NCBI RefSeq assembly: GCF_963921235.1
Contig: NC_086097.1
Coordinates: 185,754,001 to 185,818,000 of the forward strand
From: Mobula hypostoma
Lineage: Eukaryota
Length of the DNA: 64,000 nucleotides
Direction: 5' to 3'
Under the pieces are notes generated by a model. It had not been told where the DNA came from. It was given only the letters and a program-made list of their open reading frames with translations, and did no database searches. Made by a program: the position numbers and the translations under genes. Below are positions 10,430 through 23,156 of this stretch, piece after piece; position 1 is the first letter of the stretch, and the number at the start of each line of letters is the position of its first letter.

Positions 10430-13400
10430 CTCCCAGAATTCACTGAAACGGCATTATGAGCCTGTTCCGAGCTCGGACGGGCTGCTCTGGCTGGCTGCTC
10501 GGCTTGGGTGCTATGTCCCATAGGTGAAGGAACAGCAGGTGCCACTGGTCCATCCAGAGACGTGTTGACATGTCATGTCATGCCAGTAGCAGCATGGTAG
10601 TGAAATCCTCCAAATCTCAGTGGGCCAGCTTAAGGAGATCTACCAAAACACATTCAGGTTTACCCCTCCTATCTATGATAAAAGTCTTTTCTCTCCATTT
10701 CAAAACATGGAACGAGCCATTTTAAGGGGACCTAAGGGGACTTTGGTGTGCATCATAGTGGATGAAAACAAACAAGGCAGAATGTAAGAATGTAGGTCAA
10801 CAGGAACCCAAGATTGCTGACCTTGGTAGGAATAGGTGCAATGGAATTGAATTTACTGATGAGGATAGAATGTTGACCAGGTGGTCATGGCATCAGGAAT
10901 AAAAACACCTGGTACTCAGCTATGGACGTCTGCAGATCCTCTTTTGGAGCTGTTCTGAGTCCCAGCTGTACCCACGGGAGATGATCACGCAAACACTCAT
11001 CCATCAGGGAAGCCCTCAGAGCAGCTTTTAAGGAACGATAAAACCGCTTGCATAGGCCGTTGGACTGCAGATGATATGCTGTGGTGTGATGTAGCCAAAC
11101 ACCAAAGTTCTGGGCCTTTGTAGCCCGGAGGTCTGAAATGAACTGCAGACTGCTGTCAGAGGAAATATCAGATGGCGTGCCAAACCAAGCAACCCAAGGG
11201 CTGATGAATACCCAAGCCACGTCTGTGGCTGTCATTGATGCTAGAGGGACGACCTCTGGCCACCTGATGGTACAGTCCACCATGGTAAGCAGGTGCATGA
11301 AACCATGGGAGAGGGGGTGGGGAAGAGGACCAACAAGGTCCACATTGACATGGTCAAGCCATCAATCAGTGACCTCAAAAGGTGCCAGTGGCACCTGGAT
11401 ATGACAGTTAATTTCTGCCCACTGGCACTCCCTACAAGCTGCACTCCAATCACACATGTCCTTTTAAAGGCCATGCCACACAAACTTTAGAGCAACCCAT
11501 TTCTGTGAGGCCTTCTGGCCCAAATGCAAGAGGCCATGTATGGAGTCGAAAACAGTTCACCTCCAGTTTGCCCTACTATGGGGCAAGGGTGACTGGTTGT
11601 GGCATTGTACAGGAGACACACCTCAGCCTCCCTCAGCTTATTGTTAGCCAAACGCACTGCTGTTCAGTGATCCTGGACCTCTGGGTCAATGGCTTGGTTG
11701 GCTGCCGTGCCAGCATAGTCAACCCTATGTGTATGGCCTCAACAGCTGTCATGAGAGGCAATCATCCATGGCATTATTTTTCCTTTTGATATGTTGTATA
11801 TCAGTTGTATATCTGATATGTAGGCCAGCTGGCATTGCAGACATGGAGACCAAGGCCCTGATATTTTGGGCATCATATGCATGAAGGGTTTGTGGTCAAT
11901 GAATGCTGTGAAATGGTGATACTCTAGAAGAAAACAAAAGTGGCAGACAGCCAGAAAGAGACCGAGAAGCTCACAGTCAAATATCCACAAGCCAGCAGTT
12001 TCGGAGGGATGGAGCTGCTGGCTGAAGAAGGTGAGCGCCTGCCACATGCGTCCAACCAACTGTTCGTGCACAGCACCCACAGCATATTCTGAAGCATCAG
12101 TAGTAATGGCTATAGATGCACTGGGGGGGGGGGGGGCAGGTGAGTGCACCAGTAGGGTTGTGTTGGAAAGAGCTCATTTGGTATCATCATATGCCTTGGT
12201 CATATACACTGACTAGTCAAGCACTTGATCAGTGGTGTAGCCTTAAAGTGCACTATATACAGGGGGAGCACAAACTCAGCAGCTTGTGGAATGACACGGT
12301 GATAGAAATTCACCATACCTAAAAGCTCCTGTAGTGTTTAGCAGTGCTTGGCAGTGAGAAATCCATAATCGTGGCTACTTTTGATGGGCGCTGTTTCGCA
12401 CCATCTGCAGAGATGCGAAGACCAAGAAAGTCAATGGCTGACAACCCAAACTGGCATCTAGCAGGGTTAATAATCAACCCACGTTGGCTTAAGTGCTCGA
12501 GAAGTGTGCAGAAAACAGATACATGTTTGGATTTGGGCATTGGCAACAAGTATGTCATCCAGGTGAACAAAAAGAAAATCTGAAGTCTTTTAATACAGAG
12601 TCCATCAGCCATTGGAAGTCTGTGCTGCATTTTTCAGCCCAAATGGCATGCGCAGAAACTCAAAGAGGCAGAATGGGGTTACTACAACTGTTTTGGGAAT
12701 GTCCTCTGAGCACATATTAGGAGCTAATGGTAGCCATTAACTACATCAAATTTGGAAAAAATTAACTTTCCAGATAAGTGTGCTCAAAAATAGTGAATGT
12801 GTGGGACCAAGTAACGATTGGAGATGCTGGCCTCATTAAGCTGTTGATAATCACCACATGAGAGGCAACCACCATCGGACTTAGGGACCGTATGGAATGG
12901 TGAAGTCCAGGGGCTATTTGACGGGCGCACAATTCCCAGTCCTTACATGTTGGCAAACTCAGCCTTTGCATTTGCCAGTTTTTTTCAGTCCAGTTTACAT
13001 GCATGAGCATGGACTGGCAGATGTGGGAATGTGGTGCTTGACCCCATGTTTTGTGACTGTAGTTGAGAATGTGGGTTTGGTGAGGTCTGGGAATTTACCC
13101 AGCAATTGAGTAAACTCACATGCGGTGGTGCATGTGCTTGACAGAGTTGTTGTGGGGAACTTACTGGAGGAGCAGGGTAACAACTCAAAGACCTTGACAT
13201 CCACAAGCCAGCAGTTTTTAAGATTGACTAATAGCTCTTGGGCACACAGGAAATCTGCACTGAGCAGAAGTCCAGTCACTTTAGCCAGGGATGAAATCCC
13301 ATGTGTAATGTCGCCCACTGAAGCAGAGTGTCACCCATCATGCCCTGTAAGTCTGGATCCTGCTGCTGAAGGCAAAGTTTCATCGCTGTTTGCCTTCTCA

Positions 13401-14150
13401 TCGATAGATGATGCTGACAGTACACTCACTTGAGCATCCTGTGACACAAGGGAAGCATTTCCCTGAAAGTGTGTCTATAATGACCAGCAGACGTCCCTGG
13501 CAGCTGAGACCCATCGTGTTCACAGACCTCTGATGTCCTGATGTGCTGACACTCAGAAAAGTGCAAAGTGGTCAGCTTTTCCTGTACATGCCAAAGCGAA
13601 CGTGGTCAAAACACAGGCCAGCATCATCTGTTTCGCAGCTGTGGGCATCCTAATGTTGAGGGTTTTGCTGACTGGGCCTATTCATGTAGAGAAAGGAGAA
13701 GGGATGATGCTCTGCTGCCTAGCTGTGTAGACTATCAGCCATTTTAGCAAGCTCCCTATAGTCCTTCATAGGTGCATTAGCGAGGGAAATGCGAACTTGA
13801 TCAGGCATTTGCTGCATGAAGAGTTCTTTAAAAATAAAACAAGGATGGTGATTTCCCAGGAGTGACAGTATGTGGTCCATTAGTTTTGATAGCTTAGCAT
13901 TGCTGAAGCCAGGCAAGTAGAGCAACTGTTTGGTGTGCTCAGACTCCGGTAGTCCAAATGTCTGTAAAAGGTGAGTTTTCAGCAATCAGTATTTATTGTG
14001 TTCAGGCGAATGTTCTAGCAGACTCACCACTCTTGCAGCCATGGAGTTTCCAAGCGACACTACTATATAGTAGAATTGAGCCTCAGCTTATATAAACCAA
14101 ACAACAGCTCTTTGTTTCCAATACTCTAGCAGTTTCAAAGCGACTCCAAA
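10430..14150 (-). mobile_element. Degenerate Gypsy (Ty3) LTR retrotransposon internal region
   Basis: Gag (13719-13985), RT (12319-13010), RNase H TDAS..VGAV (11739-12149) and integrase DLVGPLP..RWPE..HHTTAYH.QSNG (10885-11343). Same family type as 51636-55971; LTRs not recognised. Confidence 0.85.
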
Positions 14151-14159
14151 ATGCCTACA

Positions 14160-15285
14160 CATCCAACATTATCATTCTCGGAAACTTGCTTCATCTACCA
14201 CAGGAAGCCATTATCAGGAATATCTTCCCTCCCCTTCCAGCTACGCTTTGCGCAGGGATCAAACTGTCTGTAATTCTCCCATCCACTCATCCCTCACTAC
14301 TGATTCTCCTTTCCTTTCCACTCACTTACCCCTCCAACTACACAAAATGTTAGAGCTGCACCTACTCTACCACCCTCACCACCATCCATGGCTCTAGACA
14401 GCTTTTCAGGTGAAGTCATCTTTCATAGGTGAAACCCGCAGTGTTATTTATTGCATCCGACCTCCTTTACATCAATGAGACTGGACATAGATAGGGGAAT
14501 TGCTTTGCTGAGCATCTTCTCTCCATCCAAAGATTCAAAAGATTCAAGGTACACTTATTATCAAAGTATGTATGTAGAATACAACTGAGATTCATCCTCC
14601 TGCAGGCAGCTATAAAACAAAGAAACACCATGGAACCCATTCGAAGGAAACATCAAAGCCCTAACACGCAAAAAGAGAACAAATTGAGCAAAAGGCAAAA
14701 AGTGAGGGAACAGCACATAGAACATCAAATATCAAACCAGGATTCCAGGAGTATTCAGTTAAGTTCAGTTCAGCACCCCGGCCGATTGCAGGCCGCAGAG
14801 CCAGTCTTCATTGAAGTGCCCTGATCAAATTGCAAATAAACAGCAAAACAAAATGGTTTCATCCACCATGAAAGCTGGGATCTCTTGGTGGCCAACCATT
14901 TTAATTGTACTTCTTATGCCCACACTGACATTTCTGTCCTAGGCTCCTCCATTGCCAGGTCAAGACTGAATGCAAATTAGAAGAATAGCATCTCATACTC
15001 CACTCTCCAAACTAACGGCACTAACAATGAATTCTCAAACTTCTGGTAGTCGCTCCCCTCTGCCCCCTTTACCCCCTTTACTCTTTTCTTTAATTTTTCT
15101 CTTTCCTTCTGATTCAACTGGTCTTCATCATCCTATCTCTTTCCTCTCTCCACCCTCTCCATCTGCCCATCACCCTTCTCTTCCTTTGTACTTCAGCTGA
15201 AGGATTTCAACCCAAAATGTAGGTTGTCCATTTCCTTCCATAGATGCTGTCTGACCTGCTGAGTTTCTTCGGTGCGTTTGTGTGT
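14160..15285 (+). mobile_element. Old Penelope-like element fragment, interrupted at about 14529-14860
   Basis: Degenerate homology to 5591-6557, including a decayed hammerhead at about 15197-15230. Confidence 0.75.
14529..14860 (-). mobile_element. Non-autonomous retroelement fragment with Rex1-like tail
   Basis: Minus-strand end ..tttgataataagtgtaccttgaatcttttgaatctttg; interrupts the Penelope copy. Confidence 0.5.
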
Positions 15286-15309
15286 TACAGAGGACGAATA
15301 CATTGTAGT

Positions 15310-15410
15310 AGCATGGTAGTTAATGCTGTGGTCTCACAATCCCAGTGATCCAGGTTTGATCCTAATTCTGCATGCTGCCTGTATGGAGTCTGCATATTCC
15401 TCATGACATA
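15310..15410 (+). mobile_element. HE1/V-SINE-like SINE, 5' part (3' part at about 23601-23905), split by the ERV
   Basis: tRNA-like head then gtatggagtctgcatattcctc; continues after 23600 with ..ccacatcccaaaagat..taaattacccctagtgt, matching the V-SINE consensus. Confidence 0.65.
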
Positions 15411-15848
15411 TGTTGGATCTGTAGATGATATTATCCAGAAGGTTCTTCAGAAGTCAAAAATTAGGTATATATCCTGTGATTGCAGCCTTTCTCATAACAA
15501 AAATATAAGTTACAAATTTGCTGTACTCTAAGTAAGGAGGAGAGAGAGAAAACAAAGAAAGAAAGAACAAAGAACCTTGCTTCACGGACATTTTGTAATG
15601 AAACTAACTCAAACCGGACAGCGAAGAAAATTCTTGTTAAGAACAACCTATGAGACAGCTTGATTTATGCTGACATATCACAAGCTTATGGGCAAAGTAA
15701 ACTACAAATAAAAGACAGTACCAGCTATAATACAAGTGACTGAAAATCCTTTGAACACTTACAGACAAACAGATGATTATAGAAACGTATAAACAGGAAT
15801 AAAAAAGTTAAACTATAAGAAGAATAACAATTTGGACTCTTACCAACA
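15411..15848 (-). repeat. ERV 3' LTR
   Basis: Starts tgttggatctgtagatgatattatccagaa and ends ccaaca. The adjacent tttctccctttt (15849-15860) is the polypurine tract on the minus strand. Confidence 0.85.
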
Positions 15849-16172
15849 TTTCTCCCTTTTGCTCTAAGTCACCATTTTGAATTATTTCATCCGAAAATTA
15901 AGGTTAGAAAAACTTGCAGTAGCAGTGTCGAGTATAAAGTTTTATCAACCCCGAGGAATAAAAACATGCAGCTATATCAAAGCCATGTGGATTGTCCTTC
16001 GAGATAGGGACACTCATGTGAGTTTTGAACAGCTTCATTGATGATGGCCCTTATACAAGCAATTAAGATACATACTATGATAAGGTACACCAGAGCAAAT
16101 ATAATTTGTAATATCAAGAAGTTCTGGCTCCCAAGGGCTGATTTGATCCAATCAAAGAAATCCTACTCATCT

Positions 16173-17697
16173 AAAAACGTAAACACGAGGAATTCTGCAG
16201 ATGCTGGAAATTCAAGCAACACACATCAAAGTTGCTGGTGAATGCAACAGGCCAGGCAGCATCTCTAGGAAGAGGTACAGTTGACGTTTTGAGCCGAGAC
16301 CCTTCGTCAGGACTAACTGAAGGAAGAGCTAGTAAGAGACTTGAAAGTAAGAAGGGGAGAGGAAGATCCAAAATGATAGAAGACAGGAAGGGGAGGGATG
16401 GAGCCAAGAGCTGGACAGGTGATTGGCAAAAGGGATATGAGAGGATCATGGGACAGGAGGCCCGGGGAGAAGGAAAAGGGGGAGGGGGGGAAAAATAAAC
16501 CCAGAGGATGGGCAAGGGGTATAGTCAGAGGGACAGAGGGAGAAAAAGGGAGAGAGAGAGAGAGAATGTGTGTATATAAATAAATAACGGATGGGGTACG
16601 AGGGGGAGGTGGGGCATTAGCGGAAGTTAGAGAAGTCAGTGTTCATGCCATCAGGTTGGAGGCTACCCAGTGGAATATAAGGTGTTGTTCCTCCAACCTG
16701 AGTGTGGCTTCATCTTTACAGTAGAGGAGGCCGTGGACGGACATATCAGAATGGGAATGGGATGTGGAATTAAAATGTGTGGCCACTGAGAGATCCTGCT
16801 TTCTCTGGCGGACAGAGCATAGGTGTTCAGCAAAGCGATCTCCCAGTCTGCGTCGGGTCTCGCCAATATATAGAAGGCCACATCGGGAGCACCAGACGCA
16901 GTATATCACCCCAGCCGACTCACAGGTGAAGTGTTGCCTCACCTGGAAGGACTGTCTGGGGCCTTGAATGGTGGTAAGGGAGGAAGTGTAGGGGCATGTG
17001 TAGCATTTGTTCCGCTTACAAGGATAAGTGCCAGGAGGGAGATCAGTGGGGGGGGGATGGGGTGGAAGAATGGACAAGGGAGTCGCGTAGGGAGCGATCC
17101 CTGCGGAAAGCGGGGCGGGGGGGAGGGAAAGATGTGCTTAGTGGTGGGATCCCGTTGGAGGTGGCGGAAGTTATGGAGAATAATATGTTGGACCTGGAGG
17201 CTGGTGAGGTGGTAGGTGAGGACCAGGGGAACCCTGTTCCTAGCGGGGTGACGGGAGGATGGAGTGACAGCAGATGTGCGTGAAATGGGGGAGATGCGTT
17301 TGAGAGCGGAGTTGATGGCGGAGGAAGGGAAGCCCCTTTCTTTAAAAAAGGAGGACATCTCCCTTGTCCTGGAATGAAAAGCCTCATCCTGAGAGTAGAT
17401 ACGGAGGAGACGGAGGAATTGCGAGAAGGAGATGGCATTTTTGCAATGCGAGGAGGGGATGTCCCATGATCCTCTCATATCCCTTTTGCCAATCACCTGT
17501 CCAGCTCTTGGCTCCATCCTTCCCGCTCCTGTCTTCTCCTATCATTTTGGATCTCCCCCTCCCCCTCCCCCTCCCACTTTCAAATCTCTTACTAGCTCTT
17601 CCTTCAGTTAGTCCTGACGAAGGGTCTCGGCCCGAAACGTTGACTGTACCTCTTCCTAGAGATGCTGCCTGGCCTGTTGCGTTCACCAGCAACTTTG
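16173..17697 (-). mobile_element. Penelope-like element (GIY-YIG part, minus, 16173-17457) with an inverted partial terminal repeat (plus, about 17458-17697)
   Basis: ORFs 16643-17077 and 16939-17517; 14-bp TSD aatcctactcatct at 16159-16172 and 17698-17711. Confidence 0.95.
17609..17646 (+). ncRNA. Minimal hammerhead ribozyme copy (GUU triplet)
   Basis: tagtc CTGACGA A GGG tctcgg CCC GAAA CGTT gactg. Confidence 0.7.
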
Positions 17698-17822
17698 AAT
17701 CCTACTCATCTGATTGGTGTATCTTAGCTGCTGCTTTATGAATTCAGTTAACTAAATCTGATACATCGCCGTATGATTTTGGAGAAGCATTGCAACTAGT
17801 GTTGTTTTTACTTTCTGTAAGG

Positions 17823-17974
17823 CAGTGGTCCCCAACCTCCAGGCCATGGACCGATACATTACCGCGAAGAATGCAGTGGTGCAGCGGTAGTCGGAACGCA
17901 CCCGGCACACCTTTAAGAAAAAAGCCGAAATAAACAAGCTAATTAATGTCCGCCCTGTGCTGCCCTTTTTACTG
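17823..17974. mobile_element. hAT/Charlie-like MITE end fragment
   Basis: Starts CAGTGGTCCCCAACCT, a typical Charlie/MER5-type TIR; sits at the pol/env deletion junction of the ERV. Confidence 0.55.
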
Positions 17975-19249
17975 CCTGTAAATGCATTTCCAGAACTTTC
18001 AACTGTGTCAATTTTGGAGTGGCTTTTACATTTCAATACAGCCACTCTGGAGGCAATTGTATATTGTGCTAGCTAGTTATTCTTGATTGGTTTTCCTACA
18101 GCCATAACAAATCCCCGTTGCATTCATAAATTTCCAAAATCATGAAGAGCACCAAAAGCATATCAGGAATTTGTTTAGATGTTATCTGATTTTCCTACTG
18201 CCATCTTATAGGCCTCAATTATTATTTTTTGTTCAGCCTGTTATGCAGTAGTACCTAGAACCATACTTCTTAATGCTAGCACTTAAAGTTTCAGAAACAA
18301 TAGCCCATCGAGCTATTTTAACCTGTCTTTCCACTAGCAAGGAACCTTCTGTGAACAGAATCAAATCTGGGTTCAATAGAGCCATTTCTTTGTGGTGGCT
18401 TCCATGTTCATGGCACATTATTATCACTGTTCAGTTATGGCTATCATAGTCCTCCATGTCCAGTCCAACAGTGTAGTTGGATTCAGTAGATTTGCTTGCT
18501 GGATGATAATGTTAGATGCTTCCAAGAACAGTGGACCAGTTGGACCATTGAGCAGCTGTTACTTGAGAGGCCCTGTTCATTGTCAGTAAGATGTGTACTG
18601 AGTGAGGACATCAAACATTCAAAATTTGATCAAACACAATACTGAAAGCAGCCATGACTGCTGAATAGATAGCTTGTACTGATCACAAATAAGGCCCCAA
18701 TCTCAGTGAAATATTAACCAATTTGGCAGATTAATAGCCAACAGAGTGCTGTTAGTGTTCATTTTCTTGAGTCAAGACTGCTACCATGCAGCTACGTTTC
18801 TCATTGACATTAGGGTGAATGGTTTACCTCTGTCAGAGAGTCTTAATGGAGCTGCTGTAGTCAAACAAACCCAGGAGTTGCTGGACTGTTGCAGAAGGTT
18901 TTTCTGATTTGGTAAACAATTCTTGGTGATATCTGTCTTACCTTGGGAATTTTTTTTATTCCAAGTAAATTACTTCTTGTTGTAATTGCGCCTTGTCCAA
19001 ACTTGTTTTGTGACCTTTGGAAGGTAAATAATAGAGTAAGGAAAATACCTTGCATTCATGCTGATCTGTAGTGTTGGGTGCAAGCAGGACATCATACACA
19101 TACTATGTAAATCAATGTTGGTATGTCCTTCAGATGTTGCATCAGATCCATGTGTAGACAGTTGGGTTGTTGGGGAAACTTTGTGCAAGCCTTGTTATTG
19201 TTGTGCATTGACTGTGAAAGCCAACCACGTTTGACATTCAAGCTCTAGG

Positions 19250-19612
19250 AAATCTGCAGATGCTGGAATTTCAAGCAACACACATAAAAGTTGCTGGTGA
19301 ACGCAGCAGGCCAGGCAGCATCTCTAGGAAGAGGTACAGTTGACATTTCGGGCCGAGACCCTTCGTCAGGACTAACTGAAAGAAGAGCTAGTAAGAGATT
19401 TGAAAGTGGGAGGGGGAGGGGGAGATCCGACCTCCCTCCTGTCTTCTCCTATCATTTCGGATCTCCCCCTCCCCCTCCCACTTTCAAATCTCTTACTAGC
19501 TCTTCTTTCAGTTAGTCCTGACGAAGGGTCTCGGCCCGAAACGTCGACTGTACCTGTTCCTAGAGATGCTGCCTGGCCTGCTGCGTTCACCAGCAACTTT
19601 TACGTATGTTGC
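19250..19612. mobile_element. Penelope 3'-end inverted dimer (fold-back element) inside ERV RT
   Basis: About 19250-19430 (minus) and 19431-19612 (plus) are largely reverse complements; 19-bp TSD ttgacattca(a/g)gct(c/t)agg with 2 mismatches at 19231-19249 and 19613-19631. Confidence 0.9.
19513..19550 (+). ncRNA. Minimal hammerhead ribozyme copy, intact core
   Basis: tagtc CTGACGA A GGG tctcgg CCC GAAA CGTC gactg. Confidence 0.8.
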
Positions 19613-19912
19613 TTGACATTCAGGCTCCAGGGATTCAGACTAGAATCCATTTACCATATCAATAACTGTAAGTCACTTGTTGGATAGCTTCAGTGCATTG
19701 AAATGTTTGATGAGTAGCTCACTAAAGGGGTTAACTTGTCAATACATTGAATAGTAACCCTATAATCCACTGTCAGTCCCCATATGCCATTCACTTTCTT
19801 AACAGGCCTAACAGGTCTGTGGGACACACTGAGTTTTGACAAAAATCCCTCGTACCTTCATTTGGCTGTCAATAGGTAAAATACCTTCCATAGATGTTCC
19901 ACTTAGAGGCAT

Positions 19913-20050
19913 CCTGAAGAAGGGTCTTGGCTCAAAATATTGACTGTTTATTCACTCCCATAGATGCTTCCTGACCTGCTAATTTCCTCTAGCATTTTTG
20001 TGTGTGTTGCTCTGGATTTTCAGCATCTGCACATTCTGTGGTGTTTATGG
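19913..20050 (+). mobile_element. Short Penelope-derived 3' end with decayed hammerhead
   Basis: cctgaagaagggtcttggctcaaaatattgactg..gatgcttcctgacctgct..cagcatctgc. Confidence 0.7.
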
Positions 20051-20134
20051 GACTCTGCTTAGTACATGAGAGCACCTTTCTAGTAAACTTGTCCATTTCC
20101 AGTAGGCCACATTCATTTTAGCCTTTGAAGCATA

Positions 20135-20809
20135 TTAGATTAGATTAGATTAGATTATGAGGGCACTCAGTCCTCATTTATTGTCATTTAGAAATGCATG
20201 CATTAAAAAATGATACAATGTTCCTCCAGAATGATATCACAAGAAACACAGGACGAACCAAGACTGAAACTGACAAAACCACATAATTATAACATATAGT
20301 TACAACAGTGCAAAACAATAGCGTAATTTGATAAAGAACAGACCATGGGCACGGTAAAAAAAAGTCTCAAAGTCCTGATAGCCCCATCATCTCAAGCAGA
20401 CGGTAGAAGGGAGAAACTGCCATGAACCTCCAAGCGCTGCAAACTTGCCAATGCAGCACCATTGGAAGCACCCGACTGCAGCGGACTCTGAGTCCGTCCG
20501 AAAACTTCGAGCCTCCAACCAGCCCTCTGGCACCGAGCACTGAGCACCATCCTCTGCCAAGCACTTTGACCCTACTCTGGCCGCCGAGCAACAGACAAAG
20601 CTGAGGACTCGGGGCCTTCCCATCTGGAGATTTTGGATCACATAGTAGCAGCGGCAGTGAAGCAGGCATTTCAGAAGTTTCACCAGATGTTCCTCTGTGC
20701 TCTCACGTCTGTCTCCATCAAATCAGGATTGTGCACGGCACCCTACTTGACAGATAACAGGCATCACCACCAGAGTGGCCGTTGCGAGCTGCGTTGCGCC
20801 GCCATCTTC
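20135..20809 (-). mobile_element. Non-coding retroposon, about 670 bp, with AAGATGGCG 5' end and (TCTAA)n tail
   Basis: Reverse-complement homolog of 30399-31056 along its length; (ttaga)n at 20135-20156 and gccatctt at 20801-20808. Confidence 0.8.
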
Positions 20810-23156
20810 ATGTATATTGGGTGATTTGTTAGTTCAGATTTCACCATCTACATGAGGTTCCGGATGACCTTACCCTTCACAAACCAGGGGTGGAGTTAAG
20901 AGTCAACAAGTCATCCATTCTAAGAAGAGGTTGTGAGATATCTCTCACCTAGAATTATATTTTCTGTAAGTGAGGACCAAGCTGCACTTCAACCTGTCTG
21001 GTTTTGGTTACACTAATTTTCAGTCCTCTGGCACCATATATACATCTGTGAATATTGGTCAGTGGCACATGGTATTTTTAGTCAATAGTTTTGGTGTCTA
21101 ATGACAATTCAGCACATTCATTTCTAATCAGTAGTTTACATATACACTGTCTGTGTTTTGCTCTATCAGGGCAAGTAAGGGCTACCGGGAAGGAGTCAGA
21201 TTTTTTTTACTTTGAGACTATATTGATCATATGCAAAGGTTGCCTTTGTTGTTCAGCAATTATTTGCTGAATTTGTGTTATCAGGTCAGGGTCTTCCAAC
21301 ATTTGTAGAGCAGATGGTTGGACCTTGTAGCTGAACCTGTCAATATTGACAACCTTGTTTTCTAGCTCTGTGTCCCATTTCACCACAGTAGTGACATGCT
21401 GCTTTGGGAGCTTGGTCTTGATTTTCCTATTGGTCAATGGGTTATCCTGACTGTAAGGCTCTTAACTGAATCTCAATAACTTGTTTCACTTCAGTGATTC
21501 TCACTATCTGGTTGTATGAAATGTCAAGTCCATTCCAACCTGACCATTCTTGCAACATTTAGTTTCAGACCATCCATAAAGGTTGACTTCAGTGGACTAT
21601 AATCAGATCCCTCTATACTATCTTCACTTAATGTTGGAAATCCTGAGTAGTTCAACCACACTGTTCTGATACGTTCCTCATAGTCAGAGATGTCCTCAGA
21701 ATACTTTTTGTTACAATCAACTATTTTTCTCCAATCTGTTAGTGTTGTGTCTGTTTATTTAACCACAGCTTTGTGGCATTCCAACCACCTTAACTGTTTG
21801 ACTTGACAAGGAAATAACACCGTGGCTAGAATTTGGACACCACCAAATGGATGGAGGTGGTATATATTCTTAACACGTAGAAGTTCAGTCCAAGTTTTAT
21901 CAACTCTTTTTGTCAGATTCAGCTGGTTGGTGAGCAAGCAGTTGTCCTTTCATAGGATCTATCATCATTCCTATGCAGCTTCACTTGCTTGATCTTTATT
22001 AGAACAAATCAAGGCCTTGGTGTCATTTTCTAAACACTGTTGTCATCACTTGAATCACTAGAGGTCACTTTTTAATCCATGCCATGTCCATTCTGCAATT
22101 CATCTAAATTCAGATAGAGGTGCTTCTTTGGATTATTTTCCCATGTAGGGGGTGTGTCCCAAGGAAGGTACCAAGGACAGGACCACCCTTCTGAGGTCCC
22201 TGCTGTGCACTTTGATACCACCTCAATTTCTTCCTGAGCTGTATACAGTTCACTTCAATTAAATTACACTTGTGCTATTGTTTTCTCACTTGCTCAGTTC
22301 ATACACAGATTTACTCCTTAGATTTTTTATACTGTTTCTGTCATACTGATTTCATAATTTGTCACAATTCTCTTTTTCCTTTTTCATTAGTTCATTTAGC
22401 ATACGTACATGTCCGACCTTTATACTTTTTAACAGTTCTCATCATGCTGGTCTTGTAACTGAAGGACACATTCTCTCTAAAAAAAAATGTGCGAAGTGTT
22501 AGCATCCATCCAATTTTTCCCTGTCTCTCAGGCATTCTCTGATTCTTATCAACTAGTAGCCAGCTTCTATTAGACTTGGCATTGATTGCATATTTCATTC
22601 TGATTTCCTCATTAATCTTGTCTATTTGGAAAACTTTGTTTAGCAAAGAACTCAAGCCCTTGGTCATCTGTTCACATACTGTATAAGAACTGGATGTTCA
22701 GTTACCCTTTTTTCTGTAGTAAGTTTCTTCTCTAATTTAGCCATAGTGTACTTGTAGAGCAATGAATTACCTGCCCCAGAGCTCCCTTAACCTATATCAC
22801 TAGATTACATCCAAAATTCAAATAGATCATGCACAACCAACAAAGTTACACTGCATCAAAATTTAATAAATATACTATCCACAGTTGAAATTTAAATAAA
22901 CTATACACAGCTGATTAGATGAATTGTCAAATTAATAGACTATGCACAACCAAAAAGTAACATGTAACTTCACTAAAAGGAGGAAGAATAGAGTATCCAT
23001 TCACTCTTTGACTTCCTTTAAATAGTATATGAAGTAAGAACTAGGGTGCTTCTCTGGTGATTAGGAAAGGAGGAAGGTCTTTCCTCCTGTTAAATGTGCA
23101 CACTAAAACTTTCCCTTTCATCTGTGATTCTCCCCAGTCTTTAAATCTTCAAAGCT

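Larger units (their letters stand above)
15975..17820 (-). pseudogene. ERV env transmembrane-subunit remnant, split by the Penelope insertion
   Basis: After removing 16173-17711 it reads LQKVKTTLVAMLLQNHTA (ISD-like), frameshift/deletion, then IHKAAAKIHQSDE*DFFDWIKSALGSQNFLILQIIFALVYLIIVCILIACIRAII (MPER plus TM helix). Confidence 0.7.
17975..19900 (-). pseudogene. ERV pol remnant (RT, tether, RNase H)
   Basis: TVDYR about 19759-19773, NGF*S about 19637-19651, YVYD about 19091-19102, LNPTTLL 18466-18486, LFTEGS about 18343-18360, YAFGALHDFG 18133-18162, VAVLKCKSH..GN about 17985-18045. Confidence 0.8.

Noticed and set aside
15950..16060. Integrase GPY/F tail, which would imply an env-less ERV
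   Set aside because: The better reading frame gives an MPER plus transmembrane helix continuous with an ISD-like motif, so the segment is env.
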